Assembly: GCA_003221515.1 (NCBI GenBank)
Contig: QHSI01000015.1
Coordinates: forward strand, 4,895 to 68,894
Direction: 5' to 3'
Length of the DNA: 64,000 bases
Source of the DNA: Candidatus Rokuibacteriota bacterium
GTDB lineage: Bacteria > Methylomirabilota > Methylomirabilia > Rokubacteriales > CSP1-6
The notes beneath the pieces are model-generated. The model did not search any database, was not told the origin of the DNA, and saw only the letters and a list, made by a program, of their open reading frames with translations. The position numbers were made by a program, and so were the translations under genes. The number at the start of each line of letters is the position of its first letter. Position 1 is the first letter of the stretch. Positions 1 to 9,786 of the stretch are shown here, in pieces.

Positions 1-1474
1 TTCGAGTCATCAGGAAGCGCTCCTCGGTGGGCAGCTGATAGGTCATCCCGAGCGCGCCGATGCCGCGCGGGATGATCGTGACCTTGTGCACCGGGTCGGC
101 CTGCGCGACCGACGTCGCCACCAGCGCGTGCCCCATCTCGTGGTGCGCGACGATGTCCCGCTCTTTCTCCGAAAGAACTCGGCTTTTCTTCTCGAGTCCA
201 GTGACGACCCGATCGATCGCCTCCTCGAAGTCGGACATCTCCACCGCGTTCTTTTCCTTGCGCGCGGCCAGCAGCGCCGCCTCGTTGACGATGTTGGCCA
301 GGTCCGCGCCCGCGAATCCCGGCGTGCGGGCCGCGATGACGCCGAGATCGACGCGCTGCGCCAGGACCACCGCCCGGGCGTGCAGTCGCAGGATGGCCTC
401 GCGACCCCGGAGATCGGGTTTGTCGACGACCACCTGACGATCGAAGCGGCCGGGCCGCAACAGGGCCTGGTCGAGCACCTCCGGGCGGTTCGTGGCGGCC
501 ATGATGATCACGCCCTTCGAGGAGTCGAAGCCGTCCATCTCGGCGAGCAACTGGTTGAGCGTCTGCTCGCGCTCGTCGTGGCCGCCCATGAAGCCGGTGG
601 CGCCGGCGCGCGACTTGCCGATCGCGTCCAGCTCGTCGATGAAGATGATGCACGGCGCCTTGTCCTTGGCCTGTTCGAACAGGTCGCGCACGCGCGCGGC
701 GCCGACGCCGACGAACATCTCGACGAACTCCGAGCCCGACAGGGTGAAGAAGGGCACGTCGGCCTCGCCGGCGACGGCCCGCGCGAGCAGGGTCTTGCCG
801 GTTCCCGGCGGCCCGACGACTAGGACCCCCTTCGGGATGCGCCCGCCGAGCCGCTGGTACTTGCGCGGGTTCTTGAGGAAGTCGACGATCTCGACGAGCT
901 CGGCCTTCGCCTCGTCGACGCCGGCCACGTCGGCGAACGTCGTCTTGAGCTCCTTGCGGTCGAAGATCTTGTGCTTCGAGCGGCCGAACGAGAGCGCCTG
1001 GGTGGGCCCGCCACCGACGCGGCGCATCAGGACCATCCAGATCGCGACCATGATGCCGAGCGGGATGACCCAGCCGAAGAAGAGGTCGCGCAGGAACGTC
1101 GACTCGATCCGTCCGGTGAACTCGACCTTGTGCTTCTCGAACTCGGCGATGAGCGGCGCCTCGTCCACGCCCGGGATGCGCGTGACCGTGAAGATGCGCA
1201 CCTCGCTGTCGGAGCCGAGCCACTGGCGGAGGCGATCCCCGGTGCCGCTCGGCCCGGTGGGCAGCGCGTCGGGCTTGGCGATCCCGCGGATCTCCTTCTC
1301 GGTCAGCGCGACCTTCTCGATCTTGTCGGCGCGGACGAGGTCGAGGAACTTCGACATGGGGAGCTCGACCGTGCGGGGGGCCTGGAGCCACGACTGGACG
1401 AACAGCAGCACCATGGCCGCGACCAGCACGTACGCGAGGGAGAACTGGATGCGCTGATTGAACCGCGGCTTCAT
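1..1474 (-). CDS. ftsH: ATP-dependent zinc metalloprotease FtsH (3' end beyond window)
   Basis: Manual minus-strand translation from ATG 1474: [15 protein letters not shown], two TM helices, Walker [42 protein letters not shown] and HEMGH zinc motif. Absent from the ORF track because it runs off the edge. Confidence 0.96.
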   Translation of the reverse strand, partial: MKPRFNQRIQFSLAYVLVAAMVLLFVQSWLQAPRTVELPMSKFLDLVRADKIEKVALTEKEIRGIAKPDALPTGPSGTGDRLRQWLGSDSEVRIFTVTRIPGVDEAPLIAEFEKHKVEFTGRIESTFLRDLFFGWVIPLGIMVAIWMVLMRRVGGGPTQALSFGRSKHKIFDRKELKTTFADVAGVDEAKAELVEIVDFLKNPRKYQRLGGRIPKGVLVVGPPGTGKTLLARAVAGEADVPFFTLSGSEFVEMFVGVGAARVRDLFEQAKDKAPCIIFIDELDAIGKSRAGATGFMGGHDEREQTLNQLLAEMDGFDSSKGVIIMAATNRPEVLDQALLRPGRFDRQVVVDKPDLRGREAILRLHARAVVLAQRVDLGVIAARTPGFAGADLANIVNEAALLAARKEKNAVEMSDFEEAIDRVVTGLEKKSRVLSEKERDIVAHHEMGHALVATSVAQADPVHKVTIIPRGIGALGMTYQLPTEERFLMTR

Positions 1475-1492
1475 CGATGCCACCCATTGGTC

Positions 1493-1521
1493 ATGCTAGC
1501 GTCGCGCCCTCCGAGTGTCAA
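1493..1521 (-). promoter_or_regulatory. sigma70-like promoter of ftsH
   Basis: Minus strand TTGACA (1521-1516), 17 nt spacer, TAGCAT (1498-1493). Confidence 0.6.
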
Positions 1522-1539
1522 ACAATGCAGGCTCTTTTC

Positions 1540-1570
1540 GCTTGACACATCAAGCCCTTTGGCCTAAAAG
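1540..1570 (+). promoter_or_regulatory. putative promoter of the respiratory operon with overlapping inverted repeat
   Basis: TTGACA at 1542-1547, 17 nt, weak -10 TAAAAG. GCTTGA-CACA-TCAAGC palindrome covers the -35. Confidence 0.4.
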
Positions 1571-1662
1571 TTGGCCCTGACCGCACCTGTGAAACTGAGA
1601 ACAAGCTCGTCGTTCGCGAGGGCCGATCAACGCCTGCTCGCGTCGCCGGTTCGGGGGTCAAG

Positions 1663-3501
1663 TTGAGGGATTGTCGTGCGGTGCGCCGGAGCGCGTGGAT
1701 GGCTCTGGCGGTGGTCGCGTTCCTCACGCTGCTGTCGGTGCTTCCCGCCGTCGCCCAGGATGCCGCCAAGGAGCCCGCGTACCGCGCCTTTCCGCTGATC
1801 GGCTCGCGGCTGGCGGTATGGGCCGTCGCGCAGCTCCACCTGAACTTCGCCGCGTTCATCCTGGGCGTCCCGATCTTCGCCGTGATCATCGAGATCATCG
1901 GCTGGCGGACCGGCGACGCGCGGTACGACTGGCTCTCGCACGAGTTCGTCAAGCTCACGTTCGCCGCGTTCTCCACGACCGCCCTGCTGGGTGCGCTGCT
2001 CCTGTTCCTGTTCGTCGGGTACTATCCCAAGTTTTGGACGTACATGACGTCGATCTTCTTCCCGACGTACTGGGTCTACGCGCTGCTGTTCTTCGCGGAA
2101 ACTTTCACGGTCTACGTCTGGTACTACGGATGGGACTGGCTCAGCGGTCCTCGAAAGGGGATCCACGTCGGCTTGGGCGTGCTCAGCAATCTCTTCGGCA
2201 CCGCGATTCTGTTGGTGGCCAACTCGTGGGTCACCTTCATGATCTCGCCCGCCGGGATCGATGAGTCCGGCGCCCTCAAGGGATCGGTGTGGGCGGCGAT
2301 CAACAACTTCACCTGGATGCCGATCAACATCCACCGGCTCATCGCCAACATCGTGTTCGGGGGCACGATCGCCGCGGCCTACGCGGCCTTCCGCTTCCTC
2401 GGCGCCAAGACCGACGAGGAGCGCGCCCGCTACGACTGGATGGGCTACATCGGCAACTTCGTGGCGTTGTCGGCGTTCATCGTGCTGCCGTTCGCCGGCT
2501 ACTATCTGGGCCGCGAGATCTATGCGTTCAACCAGACGATGGGCATCACGATGATGGGCGGCTTCATGTCGTGGCTCTGGATCATCCAGGCGATCCTGAT
2601 CGGCGTGCTCTTCATGGGCTCGAACTACTACCTCTGGCTCGGCATGGAGCGCATCCCGGGCTCCGAGCGGTACCGCCGCTACGTCCCGATCATGATCGGC
2701 ATCCTCGCCTTCGGGTTCATGGTGTGGGCGACCCCCCGCTCGATGGTGATCACCCTCGACGAGGCTCGCGCGATGGGCGGCACGCACCATCCGGTGCTGG
2801 GCTTCCTGGGCGTCATGTCGGCGAAGAACACTGCCGTCAACATGATGATCCTCACCACGTTCCTGTCGTTCGTCCTCTATCGCCGCGCGAACCGGATCTC
2901 GACCAAGTCGTGGGTCGGTGCTGGGATGATCGTCCAGTGGGTCGCGCTGGGGCTCGCCGCCGTGGTCGTCGTCTTCTACGGCGTGTACGGGTACTTCGTC
3001 GAGTCGATGGTGAGAATAGGGTTCTCGGTCTATCAGGTGCTCGCCGTGCTCGGAGCGATCGGCGTCGTCATGGCCATCGACATCCCAATGTTCAAGGGTG
3101 CCCGCTCGACCGGGACGATCCGGTGGGGGACGATCGCCCCGCGCTCCCAGTACGTGCTGATTCTTCTGGCGGTCACCTTCACCTGGCTCATGGGCCTGAT
3201 GGGCTTCGCGCGCTCCGGCATCCGCCAGCACTGGCACGTGTACGGCGTCATGCGCGACAGCTCGGTCGACGCGGTGACGCCCGCGATCGGCTACGCCGCC
3301 AACATGATCACGATCGTCACGATCGCGTTCTTCGCGCTGGTCATGTTCATCTTCTGGCTCGGCGGCCTCGGCGAGAAGGGGATGGCGGGCGGGTCCGGCC
3401 ACCACGCCCCGGCGCCGGTGTTCGCGGGCGGGAGCGACGCGGATCCCACGCCCGCACCGTCGCGGGAGTCGACAGGGGGCCGGAGCCCCCAGCGCTCCTA
3501 G
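1663..3501 (+). CDS. cytochrome bd-like oxidase subunit I (Nitrospira-type, OR-N-like), no CydB partner
   Basis: Polytopic membrane protein. QLHLNFAAFILG and NIHRLIAN match the CydA heme-ligand His motifs; ARSGIRQHW corresponds to GRQPW. Start may be ATG 1699. Confidence 0.85.
   Translation: MRDCRAVRRSAWMALAVVAFLTLLSVLPAVAQDAAKEPAYRAFPLIGSRLAVWAVAQLHLNFAAFILGVPIFAVIIEIIGWRTGDARYDWLSHEFVKLTFAAFSTTALLGALLLFLFVGYYPKFWTYMTSIFFPTYWVYALLFFAETFTVYVWYYGWDWLSGPRKGIHVGLGVLSNLFGTAILLVANSWVTFMISPAGIDESGALKGSVWAAINNFTWMPINIHRLIANIVFGGTIAAAYAAFRFLGAKTDEERARYDWMGYIGNFVALSAFIVLPFAGYYLGREIYAFNQTMGITMMGGFMSWLWIIQAILIGVLFMGSNYYLWLGMERIPGSERYRRYVPIMIGILAFGFMVWATPRSMVITLDEARAMGGTHHPVLGFLGVMSAKNTAVNMMILTTFLSFVLYRRANRISTKSWVGAGMIVQWVALGLAAVVVVFYGVYGYFVESMVRIGFSVYQVLAVLGAIGVVMAIDIPMFKGARSTGTIRWGTIAPRSQYVLILLAVTFTWLMGLMGFARSGIRQHWHVYGVMRDSSVDAVTPAIGYAANMITIVTIAFFALVMFIFWLGGLGEKGMAGGSGHHAPAPVFAGGSDADPTPAPSRESTGGRSPQRS
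3461..3498. repeat. GC-rich palindromic repeat inside the 3' end of the bd-like gene
   Basis: cgcgggagtcgacagggggccggagccccc closely matches the intergenic copy at 25461-25498. Confidence 0.6.
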
Positions 3502-3502
3502 C

Positions 3503-4303
3503 ATGCGGGTTCCCGTCGCCGTCAAGGTCGGCGCGTTCGCGCTCTTCGTGATGGGCACCTACACGTACTACGCGAACTCGATCCCCCAGATCCAGTCGAA
3601 GCCGCCGGCCGAGCTCTCGCTCGAGGGCGGCAACGTCACCCCGGCTCAGCTCGTGAAGGCCGGCGAAGAGACCTTCAAGACGAAGGGCACGTGCGAGATC
3701 TGTCACCGGATCGGCCAGAAGGGGACTCGCGCGCCCGATCTGGCCGGTATCGGCAGTCGCGCCGGCAAGGTCAAGGCGGGGCAGAGCGCCAAGGCGTACA
3801 TCATCGAGTCGCTGCTCCAGCCGGGCGCTCATCTCGTCGAGGGCTACCCGAACATCATGCCGCAGGTCGACAAACCGCCGATCGCGCTGAACCGCTCCGA
3901 GGTCTGGGCGCTCACGGCGTTCCTCGAGTCGCTCGGCGGCACCGTCGACGTGAAGCTGGACGACATCCCGAAGACCGTGGGCGCGGGCGCGGCGGGCGGC
4001 GGGGCGACGGCCGAGCTGAAGCTGCCCGGCGACGCGAAGGCGGGCGAGGCGATCTTCACCGGCAAGGGCGGCTGCATCGCCTGCCACAAGGCCGGAAAGA
4101 TCGGCGCGTCGCCGGTCGGTCCCGATCTCTCGCAGATCGCGAAGATCCAGACGCCGGACTACCTGATGCGGAAGATCCTCGATCCGGCCGGCGCCGGCAC
4201 CGTGGCCGGATTCCCCAAGGGTGTGATGCCGCCCATGTTCGGTCAGACCCTGACCGCGAAGGACTACATGGACCTGGTCGCGTTCCTGATGACGCTCAAG
4301 TGA
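3503..4303 (+). CDS. membrane-anchored diheme cytochrome c
   Basis: N-terminal TM; CEICH and CIACH, each followed by an MP distal Met motif. Confidence 0.92.
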   Translation: MRVPVAVKVGAFALFVMGTYTYYANSIPQIQSKPPAELSLEGGNVTPAQLVKAGEETFKTKGTCEICHRIGQKGTRAPDLAGIGSRAGKVKAGQSAKAYIIESLLQPGAHLVEGYPNIMPQVDKPPIALNRSEVWALTAFLESLGGTVDVKLDDIPKTVGAGAAGGGATAELKLPGDAKAGEAIFTGKGGCIACHKAGKIGASPVGPDLSQIAKIQTPDYLMRKILDPAGAGTVAGFPKGVMPPMFGQTLTAKDYMDLVAFLMTLK

Positions 4304-4307
4304 GCGC

Positions 4308-5060
4308 ATGAACCTGCTCCGCTCACGTTTCGCCCAGGCCGTCCTGATCCTGATCGTCGCCTTCGTCGTCCTCAAGTTCGGCATTCGGCCGGCGGCGCCG
4401 TGGAGCGTCCTGACGCTCTACATGGCCATCGTGCTGCTCGCGGTGCTGGTGTTCGTGTCCTCCGACTCCGACTCGTGGCGCGACTTCGTGTGGCCGATCC
4501 GCGCGACGCTGGTCGATCCCAACCGGCGCCTGGCGCGGCTCGTGTTCCTGATCGTCCTGCCGCTCCTGTTCGGTTACTACGCGTACACGCAGGCAGCGGC
4601 CAAGCCGCAGGCGCCGCCGGAGCTGCGCGCGGTGCACCCGGCGCCGCCGGCGTCGATCCAGTTCCGCGGCAAGGAGATCCAGATCACCGGGCTCGACAAC
4701 CCGCTGCGCAAGGACCAGGCGAGCTACAAGAAGCACGTCGCCGCCGGCGCGGAGATCTACATCCGCAACTGCATGTACTGTCACGGCGACAACCTCGACG
4801 GCCGGGGTCACTTCGCGCACGGGTTCAATCCGCCGCCGGCGAACTTCCAGGATCCCGGCACGATCGCGATGCTGCAGGAGGCGTTCCTGTTCTGGCGCAT
4901 CGCGAAGGGCGGGCCGGGGCTGCCGAAGGAGTCGACGCCGTGGAACTCGGTCATGCCCGCGTGGGAAGATCGGCTGACCGAGGAGCAGACCTGGCAGGTC
5001 ATCATGTACCTCTACGACGCGACGGGGCAGCATCCGCGCCGGTGGGAAGAGGGGCATTGA
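4308..5060 (+). CDS. membrane cytochrome c (3 TM + monoheme domain)
   Basis: Hydrophobic N-terminal half, CMYCH, SVMPAW. Confidence 0.9.
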   Translation: MNLLRSRFAQAVLILIVAFVVLKFGIRPAAPWSVLTLYMAIVLLAVLVFVSSDSDSWRDFVWPIRATLVDPNRRLARLVFLIVLPLLFGYYAYTQAAAKPQAPPELRAVHPAPPASIQFRGKEIQITGLDNPLRKDQASYKKHVAAGAEIYIRNCMYCHGDNLDGRGHFAHGFNPPPANFQDPGTIAMLQEAFLFWRIAKGGPGLPKESTPWNSVMPAWEDRLTEEQTWQVIMYLYDATGQHPRRWEEGH

Positions 5061-6514
5061 TCGCCAGGCCCCTCGCCGTCGTCGCGGCCGTCGCGCTCGC
5101 GCTGGGCGCCGCGCCGTCGCGCGCCGCCGCGCAGGCGGGCGACGCCACCGCCGGCAAGGCGGTCTACGAGCGACGGTGCGCAGGCTGCCACGGCGAGAAG
5201 GGGGACGGCAAGGGCCCGGCCGCCGACCTGCTCGTCCCGAAGCCCCGCGACTTCACGATGGGCCTCTACAAGATCCGCACCACCGCCAACAAGGTGCCGA
5301 CCGACCAGGATCTCTTCCGCATCATCACGGACGGGATGCCCGGGACCTCGATGCCGGCGTGGGCGGTGCTCACCGAGCGCGAGCGCTGGAACGTGCTCGC
5401 GTACATCAAGACCTTCGCGGGCGAGAAGCTCAAAGAGGCGCCCAAGAAGGTCGAGCTACCGAAAGACGTCCCGTCGTCCGAGGCGTCGATCAAGCGCGGC
5501 AAGGAGATGTTCGAGGCGATCGAGTGTCACAAGTGCCACGGCACCGACGGACGCGGCGACGGACCCTCCCGCGCCGAGCTCAAGGACGAGTGGGGGAACC
5601 CGATCGCGCCGGCGAACCTCACCAAGCGGTGGACCTTCCGCGGCGGCGCGAGCCGGACCGAGGTCGCCACGCGCCTGGCCAACGGCGTGCTCGGCACGCC
5701 GATGCCCGCCTTCCTCGACAGCGTCGAGAAGCCCGAGGACATCTGGCACCTGACGAACTTCATCCAGTCGCTCGGGCCCGACTCGCCCCACTACGCGACG
5801 CTCGTCACCGTCACCGCGGTGACCGGCGCGATCCCGGACGATCCGAACGCGGAGTTCTGGAAGAAGCTCACGCCCAACAACATTCCGCTGATGGGGCAGG
5901 TGATCGTCGACCCGCGGAACTTCAACCCGGCGATCGACCTCGTGGCGGTGCGCGCCGCCTATAACGACCAGGCGATCGTCTTCCACCTGACGTGGGACGA
6001 TCCGACGCAGTCGGCCGACGAGCCGGCCAAGAAGCTCTTCGCCGACGCGATCGCGCTCCAGTTCCCGCCGCAGATCACCGCGGGACCGGAGCGCCCGTAC
6101 TTCCTGATGGGCGACGGCTCCGACGCCGTCTACCTGCTGCGCTGGGAGAACGGCAAGGGCGTGAGCGAGGCGAGCGCGAACGGCCCGGGCAAGATCGCGG
6201 CGATCGCCGGCGGCGAAGCGCGCGGCAACGCGGTGTTCACCAACGGCCAGTACCGGCTCGTGATCACGCGCCCGCTCGTATCGAAGGACGCGACGCGCCC
6301 GACGTTCACGCCCGCGGTGTTCGTGCCCGTCGCGTTCCAGGCGTGGGACGGCGGCGCGGGGGAGACCGGGACCAGGATGTCCGTGACCTCGTGGTACTAT
6401 CTGCGGCTGGAGGAGCCGCAGTCGAACCGCCGTTTCGTCATTCCTCCCGTCGTGGCAATCCTCACGCTGGCGGCGATGCTGGTCGTGGTGCGAATTGCGA
6501 AGGGGCGGGCATAA
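5057..6514 (+). CDS. diheme cytochrome c fused to an ethylbenzene-dehydrogenase-gamma (EB_dh/DOMON) heme-b domain with C-terminal TM
   Basis: TTG start overlaps the upstream stop; signal peptide; CAGCH, CHKCH; WDDPT..DAIALQFP..PYFLMG..AWDG motifs. Confidence 0.85.
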   Translation: MIARPLAVVAAVALALGAAPSRAAAQAGDATAGKAVYERRCAGCHGEKGDGKGPAADLLVPKPRDFTMGLYKIRTTANKVPTDQDLFRIITDGMPGTSMPAWAVLTERERWNVLAYIKTFAGEKLKEAPKKVELPKDVPSSEASIKRGKEMFEAIECHKCHGTDGRGDGPSRAELKDEWGNPIAPANLTKRWTFRGGASRTEVATRLANGVLGTPMPAFLDSVEKPEDIWHLTNFIQSLGPDSPHYATLVTVTAVTGAIPDDPNAEFWKKLTPNNIPLMGQVIVDPRNFNPAIDLVAVRAAYNDQAIVFHLTWDDPTQSADEPAKKLFADAIALQFPPQITAGPERPYFLMGDGSDAVYLLRWENGKGVSEASANGPGKIAAIAGGEARGNAVFTNGQYRLVITRPLVSKDATRPTFTPAVFVPVAFQAWDGGAGETGTRMSVTSWYYLRLEEPQSNRRFVIPPVVAILTLAAMLVVVRIAKGRA

Positions 6515-6539
6515 TCTTGAACTCAGAAGGAGCGGGACA

Positions 6540-7238
6540 ATGCGCAGGGCATTGACAGCAGTCGTGGCGGTCGCGCTCGTGGCCGGCGTCGTTTTCGTCG
6601 CCCACCGACCGGATCAGGCCGGAGCGCAAGGCGGTGGGACGATCGAAGCGGCGGTGACGTTCGCCGGCGCGCCGGTCATCGAGAAGCTCAAGGTGAACAA
6701 GGACACCGAAAAGTGCGGAACCGAGACGGCGATCGAGAAGGTCGTCGTCGGCCCCAACAAGGGGCTCGCCTACGCCGTGGTCTCCGTCGCCGGCGCCAAG
6801 GGCGCAGCGACCGCGAAGAAGGCGACGATCGACCAGCACGGCTGCAAGTTCGTGCCGCACGTCCAGGCGATGACGCCGGGCGAGGTCGAGATCAAGAACT
6901 CCGACGACATCCTGCACAACATCCACACCTACTCGACCGCCAACGCCTCCATCAACAAGGCGCAGCCGAAGTTCAAGAAGGTGATGACCGAGAAGTTCGA
7001 GAAGCCCGAGATCATCAAGGTCACCTGTGACGTCCACAGCTGGATGCTCGGGTGGGTCGCCGTCATGCCCCATCCGTTCTTCGGCGTGACCGACGCCAAC
7101 GGCGCGACCAGGATCGAGAACGTGCCGCCCGGCAAGTACAGCGTCGAGGTGTGGCACGAGACGCTCGGCAAGCAGACGAAGGAGGTCGAGGTCAAGGCCG
7201 GGCAGACCGCGAAGGTCGCCATCGAGATGAAGAAGTAG
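6540..7238 (+). CDS. exported cupredoxin-like/carboxypeptidase-regulatory-like domain protein
   Basis: SD AGGAG, signal peptide, DQHGCKFVPHV, HNIH, CDVHSWM, VWHETLG. Confidence 0.8.
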   Translation: MRRALTAVVAVALVAGVVFVAHRPDQAGAQGGGTIEAAVTFAGAPVIEKLKVNKDTEKCGTETAIEKVVVGPNKGLAYAVVSVAGAKGAATAKKATIDQHGCKFVPHVQAMTPGEVEIKNSDDILHNIHTYSTANASINKAQPKFKKVMTEKFEKPEIIKVTCDVHSWMLGWVAVMPHPFFGVTDANGATRIENVPPGKYSVEVWHETLGKQTKEVEVKAGQTAKVAIEMKK

Positions 7239-7259
7239 AGCCAGGAGGATCGACCGCGC

Positions 7260-8021
7260 ATGCTTGACTGGTGGCTACCAGAGAACGTTTCGACCTACGG
7301 CCAGGAAATCGACTGGCTCTTCCACCTCATCTATTACATCACCGGCGTGACGTTCATCCTGGTCTTCGCCACGATGCTGGCGTTCATCGTGATGTACCGG
7401 GACCGTCCGGGCCGGAAGGCGCGCTACACCCACGGCAACACCACGCTGGAGATCGTCTGGACGGTGGTGCCGGCGCTGATTCTCGTGATCCTGACGCTGC
7501 TGAGCGTCCCGGCGTGGTCGAAGATCAAGATGACCATGCCGGAGACGGACTTCATCGTGCAAGTGACCGCGAAGCAGTTCAACTGGCAAATCACCTATCC
7601 CGGCCCCGACGGGAAGTTCGGCACCGCCGACGACAAGACGCTCCTCGACGAGATGCACGTGCCGGTCAACAAGATCGTCCGGGTCCACCTGAAATCGCAG
7701 GACGTCATCCATAGCTTCTTCGTCCCGCAGTTCCGGATGAAGCAGGACGCCGTACCGGGCCGCGAGATCAAGCAGTGGTTCGAGGCGACCAAGCCCGGCA
7801 AGTACGAGCTGCCGTGCGCCGAGCTGTGCGGGTTCGGCCACTCCGGCATGCGCGGGTGGATCTACGTCCACACCGCCGACGAATACGCGAAGTGGGCGGC
7901 CCAGAACCTGACCGCGGAGGCCGCCCCGACGACCGAGGCCAAACCCGACGACAAGGCCGACGCGAAGAAGGAAGCGCCGGGCAAGGCCGAGCCCAAGAAA
8001 GAGGGGAAAGCCAAGAAATGA
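7260..8021 (+). CDS. coxB: cytochrome c oxidase subunit II
   Basis: Two TMs, DVIHSF, CuA motif CAELCGFGHSGM; Lys-rich tail; no fused cytochrome c. Confidence 0.96.
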   Translation: MLDWWLPENVSTYGQEIDWLFHLIYYITGVTFILVFATMLAFIVMYRDRPGRKARYTHGNTTLEIVWTVVPALILVILTLLSVPAWSKIKMTMPETDFIVQVTAKQFNWQITYPGPDGKFGTADDKTLLDEMHVPVNKIVRVHLKSQDVIHSFFVPQFRMKQDAVPGREIKQWFEATKPGKYELPCAELCGFGHSGMRGWIYVHTADEYAKWAAQNLTAEAAPTTEAKPDDKADAKKEAPGKAEPKKEGKAKK

Positions 8022-9769
8022 GCGCCCATAGCGCGACCGCTCACGCGCACGTCGACCACGCCCGCCACGAGCTCGGCTTCGTGCGGACGTACATCTTCTC
8101 GACGGACCACAAGATGATCGCCCGCCAGTTCCTGTTCCTGGGCCTGTTCATGATGATCATCGGCGGCCTGCTCGCGCTGATCGTCCGCTGGCAGCTGGCC
8201 TGGCCGGAGACGGCGGTGCCCGGTCTCGGTGGCATCCTCAAGGAGACCGGCGGCATCCTGGAGCCCAGCACCTACAACATGGCGTTCACCATGCACGCCA
8301 CGATCATGATCTTCTTCGTGATCATGCCGATCCTGGCCGGCGCCTTCGGGAACTTCTGCATTCCGCTGATGATCGGCGCGCGCGACATGGCGTTCCCGTT
8401 CCTCAACATGCTGTCGTTCTGGGTGACCGGCAGCGCCGGCATCATCATGCTCTCCGGCTTCTTCGTGGAGGGCGGGCACGCCGCGGCCGGCTGGACCTCC
8501 TACGCGCCGCTCTCGGCGGTCGCGTCGTACACCGGCGTGAACTGGGGCCAGAACATCTGGTGCATCAGCCTGTTCATCATGGGTGTCGGTTCCATGATGG
8601 GCTCGATCAACTACATCACGACGATCATCAACATGCGGGCGCCGGGGATGAAGCTGTTCCGCATGCCGCTGGTGGTCTGGTCGCTGTTCATCACCGCGAT
8701 CCTGCTTCTGCTGGCCCTGCCGGTGCTGACCTCGGGCGTGGCCATGCTACTGTTCGACCGCACGCTCGGCACCAACTGGTTCAAGCCGGCTGGCGGCGGC
8801 GAGCCGCTGCTGTGGCAGCACCTCTTCTGGTACTTCGGCCACCCGGAGGTCTACATCCTGATCCTGCCGGCGATGGGCATCGCGTCGGAGATCCTGCCGG
8901 TCTTCTGCCGCAAGCCGATCTTCGGGTACCACGCGATGGCCTTCTCGATGATCGGCATCGCGTTCCTGTCCTGGATCGTCTACGGCCACCACATGTTCGT
9001 CAGCGGTATGAGCCCGGCGCTTGGGATGGCCTTCACGGTCACCACGATGATCATCGCGGTGCCGTCGGCCATCAAGACCTTCAACTGGCTCGGGACGATG
9101 TGGGGCGCGCGTATGCAGTTCACGGTCCCGATGCTGAACGCGCTGGCCTTCGTCTCGATGTTCGTCATCGGCGGGCTTTCGGGCATCTTCATGGCCTCGA
9201 CGCCGGTCGACATCTACATTCAGGACACGTACTTCATCGTGGCGCACATCCACTACGTGGTCTTCGGCGGCTCGATCTTCGGCGCGTTCGCCGCGATCTA
9301 CTACTGGTTCCCGAAGATGTTCGGCCGGATGACCAATCCCTTCCTCGGCCACCTGCACTTCTGGGGCACGTTCGTCTTCTTCAACCTGACCTTCTTCCCG
9401 ATGCACATCATCGGCGTCGGCGGCCAGATGCGCCGGATCTACAACCCGACGCAGTACGAGTTCCTCGTGCACCAGCAGGGCTGGAACGTGTTCATCACGT
9501 ACAGCGCGCTCCTCCTCGGCGTCTCCCAGATCCCGTTCGTCATCAACTTCTTCTGGTCGCTCTTCGCCGGGAAGCCGGCTCCGCTGAACCCGTGGAACGC
9601 CAACACCCTCGAGTGGACGGCGCCGTCGCCGCCGCCGCACTTGAACTGGGGCCCGACGCTGCCGACGGTGTACCGCGGACCCTACGAGTACAGCTCGCCG
9701 GAGTCCAAGGAAGACTTCCTCCCGCAGAACGTGCCGCCAGTGGGCGCCGCGGGAGCGCGGCGGCACTGA
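8018..9769 (+). CDS. coxA: cytochrome c oxidase subunit I, A1 type
   Basis: STDHK, TMHAT, GARDMAFP, GHPEVY, YGHHMF, VAHIHYV; ATGA overlap with coxB. Confidence 0.97.
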   Translation: MSAHSATAHAHVDHARHELGFVRTYIFSTDHKMIARQFLFLGLFMMIIGGLLALIVRWQLAWPETAVPGLGGILKETGGILEPSTYNMAFTMHATIMIFFVIMPILAGAFGNFCIPLMIGARDMAFPFLNMLSFWVTGSAGIIMLSGFFVEGGHAAAGWTSYAPLSAVASYTGVNWGQNIWCISLFIMGVGSMMGSINYITTIINMRAPGMKLFRMPLVVWSLFITAILLLLALPVLTSGVAMLLFDRTLGTNWFKPAGGGEPLLWQHLFWYFGHPEVYILILPAMGIASEILPVFCRKPIFGYHAMAFSMIGIAFLSWIVYGHHMFVSGMSPALGMAFTVTTMIIAVPSAIKTFNWLGTMWGARMQFTVPMLNALAFVSMFVIGGLSGIFMASTPVDIYIQDTYFIVAHIHYVVFGGSIFGAFAAIYYWFPKMFGRMTNPFLGHLHFWGTFVFFNLTFFPMHIIGVGGQMRRIYNPTQYEFLVHQQGWNVFITYSALLLGVSQIPFVINFFWSLFAGKPAPLNPWNANTLEWTAPSPPPHLNWGPTLPTVYRGPYEYSSPESKEDFLPQNVPPVGAAGARRH

Positions 9770-9786
9770 TCGGGGTGGAGAGCGCG

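Noticed and set aside
1542-1553. Canonical FNR box
   Set aside because: TTGAC-N2-ATCAA is 2 bp short of TTGAT-N4-ATCAA; kept only as a generic palindrome.
5057-6514. Evidence for nitrite oxidation from the NxrC-like domain
   Set aside because: No nxrA/nxrB or other molybdoenzyme genes in the window; the domain alone does not define the metabolism.
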